From Spirochaetia bacterium (lineage in GTDB: Bacteria; Spirochaetota; Spirochaetia; DSM-2461): DNA of 64,000 nucleotides. Of this stretch, positions 60,295 to 64,000 are shown piece after piece (position 1 is the stretch's first letter; each line of letters starts with the position of its first letter). Position numbers and translations under genes: made by a program. The notes beneath the pieces are model-generated. The model had not been told where the DNA came from. It searched no databases and worked only from the letters and a program-made list of their open reading frames with translations. The stretch covers positions 1,376,001-1,440,000 of the forward strand of contig CAXXIA010000002.1 of NCBI GenBank assembly GCA_963666985.2. Direction: 5' to 3'.

Positions 60295-61370
60295 GCCGGT
60301 ATTCTATTCGGCAGGGCCTTAAGCGCCTCGATTTTCTCCGGGACCGACTGGAACCAGTTATACTGCCGCCGGCGTCCGGGACGAACCGTTGAATATTCAA
60401 CGGCGAAAGCGGCAATCAAATCCGCGGTCCTGTCGGTTTCATCATTAAATCGGAACGTCTCAAGCCCCTTAACCGCGCCGGGAAAATCATCAATTCTCGA
60501 AAAGAACTTGGATAGATTCTTCTCAAGATTTCTTATGGAACATCCCATTCCCCTACCGGATAAAGTGAGCATCTTGGCGTTCAAACGCTGTTCGTACTGA
60601 CCTTTCTGCGGAATTGCCAGCACCGGCTTCCCGAGAAAGAGCGACTCGGAAAGAAGCTGATGACCCGCGGGGGCAATCACGCCGCGGCATCCGATGAGAG
60701 CCTCGGTAAAGTCCGAAGACGGATCGGGGAACACTTTGAATCGTTCGTTTGGAAACTTATCAAGAATCGATTGGATAGACTCCCGGGAAGATTCCTTGGT
60801 GTAGACAAGATAATAGTCACCCCGCCGGACATCGGCATCCCGAATTTCCTTGCGGATAATGGGACCGACATCACCTCTGTAAAAGGAGCATATCAGAGTC
60901 CGCTGAGCCGGCGGCATCATCAGAATCGTAACCAATTGGGCAATCCAGGCATCCGGAGAAAGGCTTAAGAATTTCAAGATTACCCCGGGATGATTCAAGT
61001 TGAGAACCGGAACTTCACATTCGGCCGCGGCCCAGGAAGCGTAAGGCTCAAAATCGCTGATAAGCACGGACAAACCATAGCCGCGCATCTTTTGCGACAA
61101 ATCCCGAATATCACGTTTAAACGTCCGAATCGTATTAATCGTCGTAAAAAACGTCTTGAAATAATCAATACCGTGCCCGTTCTTCACGAAATTCAGCGCG
61201 GGCACCGGTTCTATCCTCGCCTCCGGGATATGCTTGAGTATGAAATCTCTTGCCGGTTCCGGGCAGAAATAGACAATTTCATACCGGTCCGCGAGGGCTT
61301 GAGACAAAGCTACGACTCGGGCGGCGTGACCTCGGCCTTCGCCGGCCAGGGAAAAACCGATTCGTTCCAT
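60291..61370 (-). CDS. GT-B glycosyltransferase (MJ1255-like)
   Basis: GEGRGHAAR, ISDFEP, AGHQLLSESLFLGKP..IPQKGQYEQ.LNA. Confidence 0.85.
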   Translation of the reverse strand: MERIGFSLAGEGRGHAARVVALSQALADRYEIVYFCPEPARDFILKHIPEARIEPVPALNFVKNGHGIDYFKTFFTTINTIRTFKRDIRDLSQKMRGYGLSVLISDFEPYASWAAAECEVPVLNLNHPGVILKFLSLSPDAWIAQLVTILMMPPAQRTLICSFYRGDVGPIIRKEIRDADVRRGDYYLVYTKESSRESIQSILDKFPNERFKVFPDPSSDFTEALIGCRGVIAPAGHQLLSESLFLGKPVLAIPQKGQYEQRLNAKMLTLSGRGMGCSIRNLEKNLSKFFSRIDDFPGAVKGLETFRFNDETDRTADLIAAFAVEYSTVRPGRRRQYNWFQSVPEKIEALKALPNRIPA

Positions 61371-61535
61371 ATTGTAGGAATGTTGTCCTTTTTCGTAACA
61401 TTTCGATGATAATTATGTTAATTTTAGATAAGGATGAAAGAATGATTCACTGTATACTCATCAATACTTGACGCCCGAATGATTTCGTTCTAGATACTGG
61501 GTTCTATCAATAGAAACGCCGGGGAGGGGCATTTC

Positions 61536-62255
61536 ATGATTATGCACATCACCGTATTCGGAACAGGATCCGAGGGTCTGACCATTTCCGTCGGTTTGGC
61601 TATGCTGGGCCACACGGTTACCGCGGTCGACATCAACAAGAGCCGTACCCGCCGTTTCCAGCGGGGCTATTACACCGGAACCGATCCGGAACTCGGCGAG
61701 AATCTGAAACTGGTTTTACGGGAAGGCCTCCTGACGTTTACGTCGGAACCCGAAGAGAGCCTGGCGAAAGCCGATGCCGTCATCATAGCCGGAATCCCCG
61801 GAATTGATCAGGAAATCATGCCCGACAGGGCGGCTGTTCTCAGAACCGCGGAATCCCTGACGGGAGCCATCGCATCCTTTTCCACGGTTATCGTTACCAC
61901 AAGAGTCCCCACGGGAAGTTGCCGCATTCTCCAGGACTGGCTTGAAGACGCTCTTTATACCGGTGCGGCCACGGTTGTCGCCTGCCCCGCTTTCTTCAGT
62001 GAAACAGGAGGGTTAAAAGACTTCCTGAACCCGAACCGCATCGTTCTCGGATATGAAAGTGAAACAGCACGGAGAAACATGGATGAAATCTTCGGGGCCC
62101 TTCTGATCGAAGATCCTCCGGTATGCCACGTTTCCTGGGAAGCCGCGGAAATGATGAGAGATCCCGCGGGCGCCATAGGAACAGCAATTCCGGCTGAAAA
62201 AACAGAAAAAAAATCGGCCCGGAACGCTTACGGCAAAATCGCCCAGCACAGATAA
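61536..62255 (+). CDS. Truncated/degenerate UDP-glucose 6-dehydrogenase-like Rossmann domain protein
   Basis: ITVFGTGSEG, GHTVTAVDIN, DFLNPNRIVLG, EAAEMM; GGAGG RBS; lacks the central and C-terminal UGD domains. Confidence 0.7.
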   Translation: MIMHITVFGTGSEGLTISVGLAMLGHTVTAVDINKSRTRRFQRGYYTGTDPELGENLKLVLREGLLTFTSEPEESLAKADAVIIAGIPGIDQEIMPDRAAVLRTAESLTGAIASFSTVIVTTRVPTGSCRILQDWLEDALYTGAATVVACPAFFSETGGLKDFLNPNRIVLGYESETARRNMDEIFGALLIEDPPVCHVSWEAAEMMRDPAGAIGTAIPAEKTEKKSARNAYGKIAQHR

Positions 62256-62267
62256 AGATTCCCCAGC

Positions 62268-62532
62268 TTATCCACAGGAATAAAGCGGCCCTGTGGATAA
62301 GTATCGGTCCATTACTTCTTCAAGATTCCGTCTACTCTTGAATAAAAAAAACGGAAAACGGACTCCCGTCATTCGGACTTTTTGTGATTTTTTCTTTTTA
62401 TAAGCACGGAATCACCGCCGTATCCCTTTTTTTCACTTAAAGAGAGTCCTCTCGGCGATTATTAACCGCATCAGAGGGCAATGTATGATTATCCACAAGT
62501 TATCCACAGCTTTTTATTTCATCTGTGTATAA
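62268..62532. promoter_or_regulatory. Cluster of five DnaA boxes (candidate oriC or datA/DARS-like locus)
   Basis: TTATCCACA at 62268(+), 62292-62300(-), 62489(+) and 62500(+); TTATACACA at 62524-62532(-); T-rich segment in between. Confidence 0.8.
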
Positions 62533-62545
62533 CCCGTATTAGGGC

Positions 62546-63370
62546 TTATTCATCGACGGATTCCGCGCCGGCCTCTTCCACGGGCGAATCCCACTCCCGA
62601 AGCCGGGACATGATAAACTCCAAAACCTGAATATGTTCTTTTTTTCCGCGTCCCGAAGGCATCAGAGGCTCGCCGAACTCAATTCGGCAGGGTTTGTCGA
62701 AATTCAGAGGACCGAAATCCCGAATCAGCTTTCCGGTCCCCCAGAAATCGGTCCGCAGGGCCACGGGAATCACCGGAACACCGGCGCGAAGAGCAAGCTT
62801 TACCGCGAGGCTGTTGAATTTCCTCGGAGTAAAAACATTTTGCCGCGTACTTTCGGGAAAAAGGATAACCGAGACACCTTCGGAAAGAAGGCGGGTTCCC
62901 TCATTCAATACCTGCATTAAATCCTCTCCCGGATGCCGCCTTTCCACGGGTATGGCTCCAAGACGGCGAAGGACTTTCCCGAAAAACGGCGTTTTTAAAA
63001 GTCCTCTCTTCACCACGAACGTCATGGGAATCCGCGACGCGACAAGACCGGGAAGAGCGTTAACCTCGAAGGTGCCCATATGGTTGCACGCGAACACATA
63101 CGGCCCGCCGTCGGCGGGGAAACGGTCCATCCCGACAAAATCCAGAACGGCGCCGAAGCGTTCGGTAATCCGCATTACCCGCAGAGCCTGAAGCGTTACG
63201 CTTTTTTGAGGATTCTTCGTAAAAAGAAATTTAATCCCCGACCAAATAACCAGAATAAGGTATCGGCCGTAGAACCAAAACAATCCGCGAAAGAGTTTCC
63301 GATTTTCGAACCTTCTGTGCCGTTCGGGATCGGTTTGATATCGGTTCCCGGAAACATCGGGTAAATACAC
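62546..63370 (-). CDS. plsC: 1-acyl-sn-glycerol-3-phosphate acyltransferase family
   Basis: ACNHMGTFE (Hx4 acidic), FVVK, ILFPESTR, VPVIPVA. Confidence 0.85.
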   Translation of the reverse strand: MYLPDVSGNRYQTDPERHRRFENRKLFRGLFWFYGRYLILVIWSGIKFLFTKNPQKSVTLQALRVMRITERFGAVLDFVGMDRFPADGGPYVFACNHMGTFEVNALPGLVASRIPMTFVVKRGLLKTPFFGKVLRRLGAIPVERRHPGEDLMQVLNEGTRLLSEGVSVILFPESTRQNVFTPRKFNSLAVKLALRAGVPVIPVALRTDFWGTGKLIRDFGPLNFDKPCRIEFGEPLMPSGRGKKEHIQVLEFIMSRLREWDSPVEEAGAESVDE

Positions 63371-63444
63371 GCTTTAAAGTCCCCCTCGAGATCTACCGGA
63401 TTGAAATCATCGGTACGGCATCGTTCCGAATCGCACTCCGGAAA

Positions 63445-64000
63445 TTATAGGCCGATTCCCAGCGTTCCCTGCTTTTTATTATCATCGCCGAAACCCCGCA
63501 GTGCGTCTCTTTCCCACTGTGCTTCAACGGGCGCCGGTAGATTATTATACGCCAGACGAAGTTTTTCCAGAGAAGATAAGGTTCTGAAGGAATCGGGAAC
63601 CTTACTGAGACGATTCATGGAAAGATCAAGAGAACGCAGACTCTGCAGACGATGCCATTCGGCGGGCAGGTCCGTCAACGCATTCCCTCTAAGATTCAAT
63701 ATTCGAAGATTTTTCAGCCGGCCGATATCCTTGGGAAGCTTCTCCAGATTGTTATAGGAAAGGTTCAGCGCCGAAAGACGCGGCAGCTTAAAGAGTGATT
63801 TCGGGAACTCATTGATTCGATTTCTCGCGAAATCAAGAACTCGGAGACTCTTGGCCTCGGCGGCCGCGTCGGGAAGCCGTGTTATACCGATTCCCCTGAT
63901 AACAAGCACTTCAAGATTGGGCAGCAGAAACAATCCCCGAGGCAGGCGGAAATTCCCGCTGAGATCGCTCCGGATGAATCTGACTCGCGTAACCCTATGC
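63445..64000 (-). CDS. Leucine-rich repeat protein (5' end beyond window)
   Basis: Repeated LxxLxLxxNxL/IxxLP units of ~23 aa; frame open to the window edge. Confidence 0.88.
   Translation of the reverse strand, partial: HRVTRVRFIRSDLSGNFRLPRGLFLLPNLEVLVIRGIGITRLPDAAAEAKSLRVLDFARNRINEFPKSLFKLPRLSALNLSYNNLEKLPKDIGRLKNLRILNLRGNALTDLPAEWHRLQSLRSLDLSMNRLSKVPDSFRTLSSLEKLRLAYNNLPAPVEAQWERDALRGFGDDNKKQGTLGIGL

Noticed and set aside
61396..61423. TTATGTTAATT resembling the XerD arm of a dif site
   Set aside because: The would-be XerC arm (TAACATTTCGA) does not resemble the consensus. It lies in a divergent promoter region and is better read as a TAACAT..ATGTTA inverted repeat.
61501..61519. 13-bp TCAATAGAAACGC shared with the trpE upstream region (1632-1644)
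   Set aside because: One such match is plausible by chance among the intergenic DNA, and the genes are functionally unrelated.

Overview
A 64-kb chromosomal segment of a GC-rich bacterium. It is most likely a free-living anaerobic spirochaete (Spirochaetia), inferred from the 'FAGGGKE/FANGG'-type binding-protein N-termini, a TatT/TatP TPAT transporter and a contiguous recC-recB-recD block. From left to right it holds: trpE; an ArsR/permease/flavoprotein module; a dppABCDF operon (dppA frameshifted); a YcjNOP-like sugar ABC transporter with a NarL-type two-component system; a fused TRAP DctQM; a ~22-kb accessory block; two TatP/DctP genes and tatT; mutY, rluA, ubiB/aarF, a phasin-like gene and ychJ; recDBC (recC frameshifted, all subunits with Gly/Ala/Ser-rich insertions); lipid/glycan-related genes; a cluster of five DnaA boxes; plsC; and a partial LRR gene. 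The accessory block contains a FadR-regulated glycyl-radical enzyme (GRE) operon of unknown type with a tandem PNPOx-like protein, a membrane protein and a sulfatase. It also contains a YheO-RidA-MalY-APC islet, PaaI, an amidase, an AccA-like ABC transporter with a phosphodiesterase, and an M20 amidohydrolase. No rRNA, tRNA, CRISPR array, integrase or transposase was seen. The best candidate for an undescribed system is the GRE operon (17.7-25.1 kb). Other notable items are the orphan DnaA-box cluster, the split TPAT transporter and the agrocinopine-like phosphodiester uptake module. All family calls are from motif recognition by eye; no database searches were run.
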